From contig CAZRVH010000004.1 in assembly GCA_964603635.1 (NCBI GenBank), positions 6,816 to 70,815 on the forward strand: a stretch of DNA of 64,000 bases. The letters run 5' to 3'. This stretch comes from an uncultured Candidatus Peribacteria bacterium. Its GTDB lineage: Bacteria; Patescibacteriota; Gracilibacteria; Peribacterales; Peribacteraceae. Under the pieces are notes generated by a model. That model worked only from the letters and a program-made list of their open reading frames with translations. It made no database searches and was not told the origin of the DNA. Of this stretch, positions 1 to 8,663 are shown piece by piece; within the stretch, counting starts at the first letter, position 1; each line of letters opens with the position of its first letter. The translations under genes were made by a program, and so were the position numbers.

Positions 1-242
1 AGACGATTTCACTCACTACCGACCGCGACTTGAGGCAGCTTGAGTTTATAGCCGCGGGAGGAAAGCTCGTGGCGGCAACCGTTGACGAGCAAAGGCGTGC
101 CGCGAGATTGCTGATGCTCTATGATGCCGTGGGAAGGTGGCCGCTTACCACGGTCGATACTTGGGCTGAAATCGATGCAGAGCAAATGGGTCTTGCCATT
201 CTTCTTGGGCCGGCATGTCAACATGTCGCCTACGATCACTGA
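1..242 (+). CDS. 3' end of an unidentified protein gene that begins upstream of the window
   Basis: Frame open from base 3 to TGA 240-242 (ORF track 30..242). No family recognised. Tail overlaps the convergent patatin gene by 7 nt. Confidence 0.3.
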   Translation, partial: TISLTTDRDLRQLEFIAAGGKLVAATVDEQRRAARLLMLYDAVGRWPLTTVDTWAEIDAEQMGLAILLGPACQHVAYDH

Positions 243-1066
243 TCCAGGATTGCCCGTATTGTCGGCAGCGCCTTTTCCGCCGCGTCACGTCCTGCTTGCA
301 CGAAGGAGTCGGCTTTGTCGAAGCGAAGCGGCCCGTATGGCAGGTCCGGCTTGATCACCAGGTCGCAGGCGGCCAGGCTTTCATCCAAAGACGCTTCGCC
401 GGCCTTCAGGAATTCCCTCCAGCCCTTGGGTAGGAGATTCGACAGCGTCGCATAGCGCGGCTGGGTGTCGGTGGCGACGATCACATCCGGCATATACACC
501 TCCTTCAGGGTACGCGCGGGGACCGCTCCGAAACTGCAGAGATCGACAAACGAATCATCGCCGATCTTCACGGGGGAGAAGAGTACCGGGACGGCGCTTG
601 TGGCCATCAGGGCATCGATCAGCTTCGTATCGTGTCGGAAAAAATACGGCTCCACCGATGCCAGTACATCCGCCGTGAAGCCCGGCGTGGCGATGGTTTC
701 CCATGCGATCGGCTTTACCACTCTCCCGGCTACGCAGAGGAAGGGGGTAGGACAGTCGTCGATGACCTTGTCTCCCACCAATTCCCCAAGGAATGAGTGC
801 AGCTTCTGCCGGAAGAGGCCGCCGTGCAATCCTTCTTTCATCGTGTTTTCGGAAAGCTCGGCTATGGCCAGGGGATGGAGTTTCTTCAGGATGCCGTCGA
901 ATACCTCCGCGGGATATCCCAGGGCTGCCAATGCCCCGACGATCGCCCCCATGCTGCTCCCGGCGACGTAATCGGGCTTCAGTCCTTCGCGCTCCAAAAC
1001 CTGCAGCACGCCGATGTTGGCGATGCCTGCCGCTATACCGCCGGAGAAGACCAGACCCCATGCCAT
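236..1066 (-). CDS. Patatin-like phospholipase
   Basis: 276-aa ORF. N-terminal glycine-rich loop FSGGIAAG followed by AGSSMG (G-x-S-x-G nucleophile elbow), the patatin-family arrangement. Confidence 0.8.
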   Translation of the reverse strand: MAWGLVFSGGIAAGIANIGVLQVLEREGLKPDYVAGSSMGAIVGALAALGYPAEVFDGILKKLHPLAIAELSENTMKEGLHGGLFRQKLHSFLGELVGDKVIDDCPTPFLCVAGRVVKPIAWETIATPGFTADVLASVEPYFFRHDTKLIDALMATSAVPVLFSPVKIGDDSFVDLCSFGAVPARTLKEVYMPDVIVATDTQPRYATLSNLLPKGWREFLKAGEASLDESLAACDLVIKPDLPYGPLRFDKADSFVQAGRDAAEKALPTIRAILDQ

Positions 1067-1078
1067 GCGTCCAGTGTA

Positions 1079-1882
1079 TCAGCGCTTCCGGGGCGTGCGC
1101 ACCTGTTCGTACATCCGGATGAGGCACAGGTTCAGGAGGACCGTTGCCAATGCCATCCACAGGTTGACGGTTACCGACATGATCACGTAGCCGATCAGCT
1201 CTCCTTCCGGCAAAGATGCCGCCGCGGCGATGATGATCGCCATCGGTATGAACAGTAACAAGAGGATAAGCAGGACTAGTTGCCCGGTTATTTTCCAAAA
1301 ACCCTTGCGTACGGCGTCCCTGCTGCGTTTCAGCGCCGCGCGGTACGCGGTGTTCTCGCCCACGACGATGACCGGGTAAAACGCCATGCGAATGGCGGCG
1401 GCAATGCCCGGAATGGTGAACAAGCCCGTCAGCGCAACAAGCACCGGATTGCGAAGGTAGGCAGGATCGACATAGGCCAACGCAAAGACATAGGCGACCG
1501 CCGGCAGCATCCACAGGGCGATGATGCAACCGTACAGAATGCCTGTGAGCAGCAAGGGGATGATGAACGCCTTGGCCTCGGAAGCCGTGGCCGTGAAGGA
1601 CGTGCGCGAGCGTCCCGCTTTGGTTTGCAGCATGCGTCGTCCCGCGACAAGCACGCTGGATTGCCCCCAGATCGTAAGGATCGTGAGCATGAGCGTGAGT
1701 ACCAGGATTCCTATGGATGCTTCCACGGCGATCGTGGATGGGATGAGATCGCTTTCCGTCAGTATCTCCAAGGCATCCATGATCAACATGGGGACGAAGA
1801 GGAGCCATATCGCGACCGAAGTCAGGGCCGGCTGCTTGCGGAAGAATTCCCAGGAGGAACGGATGAGGGAGATGGTGTTCAT
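1079..1882 (-). CDS. Multi-pass membrane protein, unknown function
   Basis: ORF track 1079..1903 starts at GTG; first ATG is at 1882 (MNTISLIRSSWEFFRK). Several long hydrophobic segments. No family recognised. Confidence 0.55.
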   Translation of the reverse strand: MNTISLIRSSWEFFRKQPALTSVAIWLLFVPMLIMDALEILTESDLIPSTIAVEASIGILVLTLMLTILTIWGQSSVLVAGRRMLQTKAGRSRTSFTATASEAKAFIIPLLLTGILYGCIIALWMLPAVAYVFALAYVDPAYLRNPVLVALTGLFTIPGIAAAIRMAFYPVIVVGENTAYRAALKRSRDAVRKGFWKITGQLVLLILLLLFIPMAIIIAAAASLPEGELIGYVIMSVTVNLWMALATVLLNLCLIRMYEQVRTPRKR

Positions 1883-1991
1883 AGGAGTATATGAGTATAG
1901 CACGCCATGAGCGAAGGATTAGGAATAGGAGTAGGGGGTAGGGGTTTTGAATGCTTCAAAAATTTCCTTTTTCCCAATCCTAACCCTAAGC

Positions 1992-2954
1992 CTATTTTCG
2001 CTTCACGCGGATGAAGCCGGAAACCGGCAGGACGTCGAGCTTCTTTTCCTCCTTCTGCAGGATGTCCAGCAGGAGGTTTACGCCCGCCGCGTCCGATGCC
2101 ATGTGGCTGCACTGGATCATATTCAGGTTGAACTTGCGGCCTACTTCCACTTCCTTCTCCGTGAAGTGCATGCAGAGGATGGTACCCACCCCCGCGTGCG
2201 CCTGCTGCTCGATCATTTCCTCGGGGCCGTTGGTGCCGCCGGTGAAGCCCGTCGCCACGACCTTGCCGGGACGGCCCGAACCCGAGCCGTTCACGATGAA
2301 CGAGGGGTTGCCCTTCTTCGCGTAGTAGTTGTATTCGGGCATGTCGTTGATGGCGTTGACGATGCTGCTGAGATCGTCCCATTCCTTCTGGCAGATATTC
2401 TTTTCCATGTGCCTCCAGATGAGGTTGTCGGTGACGGTGTGGCAGGTGAACGCGGGGATGCCCAGAAGTTCCGCGGCGCGCTCCGTGCGCAGGATGTTAT
2501 CCGCGTGGATGGCTCTCCAAATGCGCTCCATGCGGGGGCGCAGCAGGAAGTCTCCCTGGTTGATGGGCACGCCCGCTGCGTGCGCCACGTCCGCGTTCAG
2601 CGGCATCACCTTGTCCAAGTCGGCCAATGCGCGGCCCTCCGGGTGGTGGATCATGATCGCGTCGATCTTCTCGCCTTTCTCGCGCAGTCTGTCTGCCAGG
2701 AGGATTTCGGGTGTCTCGATGTCGATGCCGATCATCAGGCGCGTGACTTCCTCGTCGCCGGTACCGTTGATGATGCGGGAATCATGGTACGGGTTCCAGG
2801 TACGTTCCTCGTCGAAGAATTCCTTCTCTTTTCCTTCCGCTTTCTTCAGGCGGTCCGATTGCTTCTTCAATTGCTTGTCGAGGTATTTCTTGCCGCGGAT
2901 GTCCGCGTCCATGCCGATTTCAATGGTTCGTTTGTAGAGTTTGGAGAGTTTCAT
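1992..2954 (-). CDS. NIF3-family (dinuclear metal centre, GTP cyclohydrolase 1 type 2-like) protein
   Basis: ORF track 1992..2990, ATG at 2954 (MKLSKLYK). Blocks IDAIMIHHPEG and CMHFTEKE / CSHMASDAAG resemble NIF3/YbgI metal-ligand regions. Assignment by eye. Confidence 0.55.
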   Translation of the reverse strand: MKLSKLYKRTIEIGMDADIRGKKYLDKQLKKQSDRLKKAEGKEKEFFDEERTWNPYHDSRIINGTGDEEVTRLMIGIDIETPEILLADRLREKGEKIDAIMIHHPEGRALADLDKVMPLNADVAHAAGVPINQGDFLLRPRMERIWRAIHADNILRTERAAELLGIPAFTCHTVTDNLIWRHMEKNICQKEWDDLSSIVNAINDMPEYNYYAKKGNPSFIVNGSGSGRPGKVVATGFTGGTNGPEEMIEQQAHAGVGTILCMHFTEKEVEVGRKFNLNMIQCSHMASDAAGVNLLLDILQKEEKKLDVLPVSGFIRVKRK

Positions 2955-2990
2955 GGGATATGGGGATGATGGTGAGCAGGGTAAAGCCAA

Positions 2991-3074
2991 GGAAGGGAAA
3001 AGGGAAATGGGAAAAGGGAAATTTTCTAAAAACCCTTTCTATCCCGTTTCCCCTTTCCCTTCTCCCCTTTCCCT
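2991..3074. repeat. Imperfect G/A-rich palindromic intergenic element (GGGAAAAGGGAAA ... CCCTTTCCC)
   Basis: Left arm ggaagggaaaagggaaatgggaaaagggaaa faces right arm cccgtttcccctttcccttctcccctttccc. Lies between two minus-strand genes. A sibling element sits at 20181-20248. Confidence 0.6.
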
Positions 3075-3077
3075 CGG

Positions 3078-5150
3078 TCAATCCACGATGATCTTCACGT
3101 CCGCGATGGTCATGCCTTCCGAGGATACGAGAACCGGGTTGAGGTCCAGTTCGCGGATGCGGGGGCAGTCGCACATCATTTCGGAGACCTTCACGGTCAG
3201 TTGCGCCAGCGCGTCTATGTCGCTTTGGGATTTCCCGCGCATGCCGCGCAGCAGTTTCCAGGAGGTCAGTTCGCGCAGCATGTTGTAGGCCTGTTCGATC
3301 GTGACCGGTCCGATGCGCACCGCCGCGTCCTTGAAGAGTTCCGTATAGATGCCGCCGAGTCCCGCCATGATGAGCGGGCCGAACGCCGCGTCGCGGATGC
3401 CTCCCACGATGAACTCGTCCCCGGCGGGGAGGAATTTCTGGATCAGTATCCCTTCCGCAGCCGCGTCCGGGGCGCTCTCGCGCACGTTTTTCAGGATGCG
3501 GTCGTAGGCTGCTTCCACGTCCGCCGCGGTTTTCAAATTCGCGGCCACGCCGCCCACGTCCGTCTTGTGCACGATGTCGGGGGAGCTGATTTTCGCGATG
3601 ACGGGGTATCCGATTTTTTCCGCGATGGCGATAGCCTCCGCACGCGTCCGCGCGACGGACTGTTCGGGGAGCGGAAGCCCGAAGAGTGTCAGCAGCTCCT
3701 TGGATTTTTCCTCGGACAAGAGGCCTGTCGTTCCCTTCAGGATCGCCTCGGCCTGGGTGGCGTGCCCGTCGAGGGGGCATCCGGAAATCTCCTCCTCGTC
3801 CCTGTTCCGGCGCAGCGCCGCGATGGCGCGCACCGCGCGTTCGGGGGTATCGAAGACGGGGATGCCGTGGGAACGCAGCACCTTGCGGGCGTCTGCAACC
3901 AGCGGTCCTCCCATGAAACACGTCACGACGGGCATGAGAGGCGAGTGTTTCATGATGCGGATGACCGCATGGGCGATTTCCTCCGCCGGCGTCATGATCT
4001 GAGGCGTCAGGATGACGACGAGTCCGTCGATGCCGCCGTCGTCGCGGCAGGCGGTGAGCGCCGCTTCATACCGGTCCGTCTTTGCGTCCCCGATGAGGTC
4101 GATGGGGTTTTGAATGGATGCGGTCGGCGGAAGTGCCGCACGCAATGGTTCCAGGTTTTCGGGGGCGAGCAGGGGGAGGAGCAGGTTCGCTTTCTCCACG
4201 TAATCCGACGCAAGGATGCCGGGTCCTCCGGCATTGGTGATGATGGCGATGCGGTCGGTGAGCAGCGGCGGCTGGCATGAAAGCGTCGTCAGAAGGTCCA
4301 GGAATTCATCCATGCCGTGCGCCCTGCGGATGCCCGACTGGACGCAGAGCGCGTCGATTGCTTCCTCGGATCCGGCGAGCGCCCCCGTGTGGGACGCGGC
4401 CGCCTTGCGGCCCAGTTCCGAGACTCCCGATTTCAGAAGGACGATCGGCTTTTTCGCGGCGACCCGGCGTGCGACTTCCAAAAACTCCCTGCCCCTTTCG
4501 ATGCTTTCCAGGTACATGCCGATGACCGCGGTCTCCGGATCATGTTCGCACATTTCCAAATAGTCGCACTCGTCCATCACCGTCTTGTTTCCGATGGAAA
4601 ACACCGAGGCGAAGCCGAGTCCCAGCGTCGGCGCCAGATCCATGATGCCCACGGCGGTCGCGCCCGACTGGCTGATGAGCGTCACGTTGCCCTTGGGCGG
4701 CAGGTTTTTCGCGAACGATGCGTTCATGTTGAGCGATGTCTTCAGGACGCCGAGGCAGTTCGGTCCGACGACCGAGATTCCATGCGTTCGCGCGATGTCT
4801 TTCACCTGGCGCTCCAACGCCATGCCTTCCTCCGAGTGTGATTCCTTGAATCCAGCGGTGATGACCACCGCCTGCCTGATTCCTTTCTCGCCGCATTCCG
4901 TCAGGGCACCCGGAACCGCGGCCGCAGGGATGACGATGACCGCCATGTCCACGGTACCCGGGATATCCTTCACGGACGCATAGGTCGTCAGTCCCAACAT
5001 CTTTCCGCCCTTGGGGTTCACGGGGTAGATCTTTCCCTTGTATTCCTCGGTTACCAGGTTGTACACGATGTCATGCCCCACCTTACCGGGCGTGGCAGAT
5101 GCGCCGACAACCGCTATCGAGAGGGGGGTGAAGGGGGAGAGTGCGGGCAT
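3078..5150 (-). CDS. ADP-forming acetyl-CoA synthetase (acetate--CoA ligase, fused alpha/beta)
   Basis: ORF track 3078..5201. N-terminal CoA-binding Rossmann (IAVVGASATPGKVGH), a succinyl-CoA-synthetase-like middle and a C-terminal ATP-grasp part in one ~690-aa chain. Start set at ATG 5150, 7 nt after a TGCTATAAT box; ATG 5159 is also possible. Confidence 0.8.
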   Translation of the reverse strand: MPALSPFTPLSIAVVGASATPGKVGHDIVYNLVTEEYKGKIYPVNPKGGKMLGLTTYASVKDIPGTVDMAVIVIPAAAVPGALTECGEKGIRQAVVITAGFKESHSEEGMALERQVKDIARTHGISVVGPNCLGVLKTSLNMNASFAKNLPPKGNVTLISQSGATAVGIMDLAPTLGLGFASVFSIGNKTVMDECDYLEMCEHDPETAVIGMYLESIERGREFLEVARRVAAKKPIVLLKSGVSELGRKAAASHTGALAGSEEAIDALCVQSGIRRAHGMDEFLDLLTTLSCQPPLLTDRIAIITNAGGPGILASDYVEKANLLLPLLAPENLEPLRAALPPTASIQNPIDLIGDAKTDRYEAALTACRDDGGIDGLVVILTPQIMTPAEEIAHAVIRIMKHSPLMPVVTCFMGGPLVADARKVLRSHGIPVFDTPERAVRAIAALRRNRDEEEISGCPLDGHATQAEAILKGTTGLLSEEKSKELLTLFGLPLPEQSVARTRAEAIAIAEKIGYPVIAKISSPDIVHKTDVGGVAANLKTAADVEAAYDRILKNVRESAPDAAAEGILIQKFLPAGDEFIVGGIRDAAFGPLIMAGLGGIYTELFKDAAVRIGPVTIEQAYNMLRELTSWKLLRGMRGKSQSDIDALAQLTVKVSEMMCDCPRIRELDLNPVLVSSEGMTIADVKIIVD

Positions 5151-5157
5151 TCCTATC

Positions 5158-5166
5158 ATTATAGCA
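5158..5166 (-). promoter_or_regulatory. Extended -10 box TGCTATAAT, 7 nt upstream of the acetyl-CoA synthetase ATG (possible leaderless mRNA)
   Basis: Minus strand reads aaaaTGCTATAATgataggaATG. The same aaaaTGCTATAATGAT(A/T)GGAA string occurs at 58422-58430. Confidence 0.4.
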
Positions 5167-5266
5167 TTTTTCGGCCCTTTTTGCCACATCGAGCAGGGCA
5201 CTTTTTGCCCTCCCTACTGCCGTTTCACGTACACTGATCCAAGCTCGTAGTGAGCATCGTCGAACT

Positions 5267-5728
5267 ATGGAAAAAATCTTCCTTTCGTATGCATCCACGG
5301 CCGGCCATACCGAGTATGTCGTAGACATCCTGATGAACTTCCTGCGGGAGATGGGGGATGTTGCCGTCGAACACAAGCGTGCGGAGGTGTGTGTCCCAGA
5401 CGATCTGTCGAAAAGCGACGTGCTTTTGCTCGCTTCCGGTACGTGGAATACAGGTGGAATCGAGGGGCAGCTGAACCCGTACATGCACCGCTTGCTCAAG
5501 GAGCAGGCGGCCAATGTCGATTTGAAAGGCAAGAAAGTCGCGTGTATCGCGCTGGGGGACGAGCGCTACCGCTACACGGCGGAGGCGCGCGTGCATCTGG
5601 AGGAGTTCGTGAAGACACACAATGGAACGTTACTGATGGATGCGCTGGTTATCGTGAACGAGCCCTATGGACAGGAGGAAAAAGTACGAGAGTGGGGCCG
5701 TGCATTCCTTTTCCATTTGTCGCAATGA
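5267..5728 (+). CDS. Flavodoxin (short-chain)
   Basis: 153 aa. N-terminal FLSYASTAGHTE phosphate-binding loop. Stop TGA overlaps the next ATG (ATGA at 5725-5728). Confidence 0.75.
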   Translation: MEKIFLSYASTAGHTEYVVDILMNFLREMGDVAVEHKRAEVCVPDDLSKSDVLLLASGTWNTGGIEGQLNPYMHRLLKEQAANVDLKGKKVACIALGDERYRYTAEARVHLEEFVKTHNGTLLMDALVIVNEPYGQEEKVREWGRAFLFHLSQ

Positions 5729-7476
5729 GCCGCGTCGCTATCAAAGTCACCGGCGCGCAGGGACAAGGCGTGAACAGCGTCGGGGAGATCGTCGGCAAGG
5801 GTTTGAAGCGCGCGGGGTACTGCGTCTTCGGCTACCGCGAATACAACTCGCTCATCAAGGGCGGGCACAGCAGCTACCAGTTGGACGTGAGCAATGAGCG
5901 CGTGGAGTCGACGAAGGAAAAAGTGGAGGTGCTGGTGTGCTTCAACCACCACGGGTTGGAACTCAACACGCACGAGGTGGCTGACGGCGGCATCATCATC
6001 CACCAGACACCAGACTGGAGGTTCGGAAAGACCGTCGCGGCGTCGCTGAAAGAGCGAAATATCACCGTAGTGGAGCTCACGACCGACGCCATCCTGAAGG
6101 AAATCAACGCGAAGCCCATCCTGGGAAACGTGCTCATCACGTCCGTCGTGTGGTCACTTCTGAAACAGGACGCGAAGGGGCTGAAGACGCTCGTCGGGGA
6201 GCAGTTCGCGAAGAAAAAAGACCTGCTGGAGCTCAATTACCTGTGCATTGAAAAGGGCTTCCAGTTCAAGGAAAAAGCAATTCCCGGATTCTCCGTTGCC
6301 TTACCTCCGGCGGATGCCGCGTGGAAGGACTGTCTGTTGCTCACGGGCAGCCAGGCGATGGGGCTCGGGGTGGTGCATGCGGGCGTGCGCTTCTACGCGG
6401 GCTACCCCATGACTCCGTCGTCGCCCCTTCTGAGCTACGTCGCCGATATCCAGAACGAAACGGGCATGGCCATCAAGCAGGCGGAGGACGAAATCACCGC
6501 CGTGCAGATGGCGAGCGGCGCGATGCACATGGGAACGCGTGCGCTGACGGGTACGTCGGGCGGGGGATTCGACCTCATGACGGAGACGCTCTCGCTCAAC
6601 GCGATGATCGAGAACCCCAGCGTGATCGTCCTGGCACAGAGGCCCGGTCCCGCGACGGGACTCCCCACATGGACGGGGCAGGGCGACCTGAACCTGGCGG
6701 TGTTTTCCGGCCATGGGGAATTCACGCGCTGCGTCGTCAGCACGTCGGACGCGCAGGACAGTTTCCATCTCGTGAACGATGCGTTCAACCTCGCGGAGGA
6801 GTATCAGATTCCGGTGGTGTTGATGACCGATAAGCAGCTGGCCGAAGCCATCATCACGCAGCGGCCCTACGATCAGAAGAAAGCGAAAATCAACCGCGGC
6901 AGATTGGTGACGGGCGCGAAGGAATTGTCCGCGCTCACGGGCTCGGACCGGTACGACCCGCTGGCGAAGGGCGGCATCTCCGCGCGTTGGCTCCCGGGTT
7001 CCAAGGCGGCGACCTACGTGGCGCAGGGCGACGAGCACCGCGCGGACGGATCGGTTGACGAAGGCGCCGAGAACGCGCGTTTGCAGATGGAAAAGCGTAT
7101 GAAAAAAATGCAGGTGCTGAAGGCGACGTTGCCCGAGCCGGAACTCTTCGGTGACCAGAACCCCGATCTGCTGGTCGTGAGCTGGGGCAGTAACAAGGGT
7201 GTCATTCTGGACGTGCTGAACGATCCGTCACTGAAGAAAAAGCGCATCGCGTACCTGCACTACACGTACCTCTGGCCGCTGAAGACCGAACGCCTGGAAG
7301 GGCTTATGCAAGCCGCGGAGAAGACCCTCATCATCGAATGTAACCACGAGTCCCAGCTCAAAAAGCTCATACGCATGGAGAGCGGGCTCGACATCCCCAC
7401 CAGCGTTTTGAAATACGACGGACGCCCGTTCTTCTACGAGGAACTCCGCGACATCCTTACCTCCCAACTGCCATGA
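5725..7476 (+). CDS. korA: 2-oxoacid:ferredoxin oxidoreductase, fused gamma/alpha subunit
   Basis: ORF track 5389..7476; true start is ATG 5725 (MSRVAIKVTGAQGQGVNSVG). Gamma-type N-domain followed by an alpha domain (GVRFYAGYPMTPSS). Confidence 0.85.
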   Translation: MSRVAIKVTGAQGQGVNSVGEIVGKGLKRAGYCVFGYREYNSLIKGGHSSYQLDVSNERVESTKEKVEVLVCFNHHGLELNTHEVADGGIIIHQTPDWRFGKTVAASLKERNITVVELTTDAILKEINAKPILGNVLITSVVWSLLKQDAKGLKTLVGEQFAKKKDLLELNYLCIEKGFQFKEKAIPGFSVALPPADAAWKDCLLLTGSQAMGLGVVHAGVRFYAGYPMTPSSPLLSYVADIQNETGMAIKQAEDEITAVQMASGAMHMGTRALTGTSGGGFDLMTETLSLNAMIENPSVIVLAQRPGPATGLPTWTGQGDLNLAVFSGHGEFTRCVVSTSDAQDSFHLVNDAFNLAEEYQIPVVLMTDKQLAEAIITQRPYDQKKAKINRGRLVTGAKELSALTGSDRYDPLAKGGISARWLPGSKAATYVAQGDEHRADGSVDEGAENARLQMEKRMKKMQVLKATLPEPELFGDQNPDLLVVSWGSNKGVILDVLNDPSLKKKRIAYLHYTYLWPLKTERLEGLMQAAEKTLIIECNHESQLKKLIRMESGLDIPTSVLKYDGRPFFYEELRDILTSQLP

Positions 7477-8663
7477 AAAAACTCTCCCTCGTCACCGTCT
7501 CCCTGCTCCTCGTCGCCAACACCGCGGTCGCCGCGACATCGTCCAAGTCCTCTTCTTCCGCGAAGGCCGATGCCACCGCGGCATGGAAAACAGCCAACGA
7601 TTATTTCATCGGGAAGAACGTCCTGCCCCCCGTATCCGGAGATCCCGTCATCACTCGCGCGGAGCTTGCGAGCGCGCTCGTGAAACTCACGGGCAACGTG
7701 GTCGACAAGGGATACTCCAAGTGTTTCAAGGACGTGAACGAGGAGGTGTTCGCCCCGGCCGTGTGCTTCGCCGCGAAGCAGCAGTGGATGGACGGAGGCA
7801 AGGATGGGAAATTCAGCCCGAACAGTCCCGTCACCTTCGGCGCGGCGCTCCAGGCGATCGTCCGCTCCGCACGTCTCCCCGCGGTCGCCGGCAGGGGATC
7901 CTGGTTCGTGCCGTTCGTGAACGCCGCCATCAAGGAGGGGATCATCGACAAGGCCGATTACACGAAGCAGATCGACACCCAGCTCACGCGCGGCCAGCTG
8001 GCGACCATGCTCTATCGCCTGCAGTTGGGACTGAGGTTGATCAGCATCCCTGTGGGGGCGAGCTGCATTCCCAGCGGCGTGAACTCCGTGACCGTCAAGG
8101 ATGGATCCATCGTCGTTACCGACGGTGTCACGAGCTGCACGGTCGCGGCCGATCCCTTGGCGAAGACGGACCCCGCGCATCCGAACAAGAAGCTCACGGG
8201 CCTGCCGCCGTCCGTGGAGGTTTCCAATACCGCGGACACCGTCCCGATGATCGAGAAGCGCGCGTATTTCCTCTCGACCAACGGCGATTTCTGGCTGCCG
8301 TACGTGTGGGAGCTGGACCTGAAGAAGGGCACTCTGAAGCAGATCCTGAACACCGAGGCTCCCGGCGCCGTACGCATCTCGCCTAAGTATACGTTCCTCA
8401 GCTACGTCGGCAGCAAGGGCGTGGACATGCGCGCCATGTACATCAAGACCGGCCTTAGCAAGTCGGTGCGCCTGCTTACCACCCAGATCACCTTCCTGAA
8501 GTCCCTTACGCAGTCCCGTAAGGTCCTGATGTCGGATTACATCACCATCGATGGCAACGAGACCCTTGTCTACAACGTCTACAACATGCGTGATAGCAGT
8601 CTCTTCAAGGAAAAGATCTCCGCGCGCCTCGACGTACTCTTTAACGTCCGCCCCGGCAAATAA
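7473..8663 (+). CDS. Secreted SLH-repeat protein with uncharacterised C-terminal domain
   Basis: Signal peptide MKKLSLVTVSLLLVANTAVAA. Three SLH-like repeats (ITRAELASALVKL, VTFGAALQAIVRS, LTRGQLATMLYRL). Start overlaps the korA stop (ATGA) and the stop overlaps the korB start (TAATG). Confidence 0.7.
   Translation: MKKLSLVTVSLLLVANTAVAATSSKSSSSAKADATAAWKTANDYFIGKNVLPPVSGDPVITRAELASALVKLTGNVVDKGYSKCFKDVNEEVFAPAVCFAAKQQWMDGGKDGKFSPNSPVTFGAALQAIVRSARLPAVAGRGSWFVPFVNAAIKEGIIDKADYTKQIDTQLTRGQLATMLYRLQLGLRLISIPVGASCIPSGVNSVTVKDGSIVVTDGVTSCTVAADPLAKTDPAHPNKKLTGLPPSVEVSNTADTVPMIEKRAYFLSTNGDFWLPYVWELDLKKGTLKQILNTEAPGAVRISPKYTFLSYVGSKGVDMRAMYIKTGLSKSVRLLTTQITFLKSLTQSRKVLMSDYITIDGNETLVYNVYNMRDSSLFKEKISARLDVLFNVRPGK

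Noticed and set aside
9-239. Minus-strand ORF 9..239 as an alternative to the plus-strand partial gene at the window start.
   Set aside because: Its translation is less protein-like, and it would run head-on inside the frame that stays open to the window edge. Neither reading is strongly supported, so the plus-strand call carries low confidence.
5389-5724. N-terminal extensions in the ORF track: korA from 5389, the TagA-like gene from 14444, efp from 23708, hpf from 58445, the lipoprotein from 37180, and the islet orphan from 41878 (which overlaps the tRNA).
   Set aside because: The extensions overlap upstream genes or the tRNA and translate to low-complexity sequence. Family-typical N-termini begin at internal ATGs, often with ATGA/TAATG coupling to the preceding gene.
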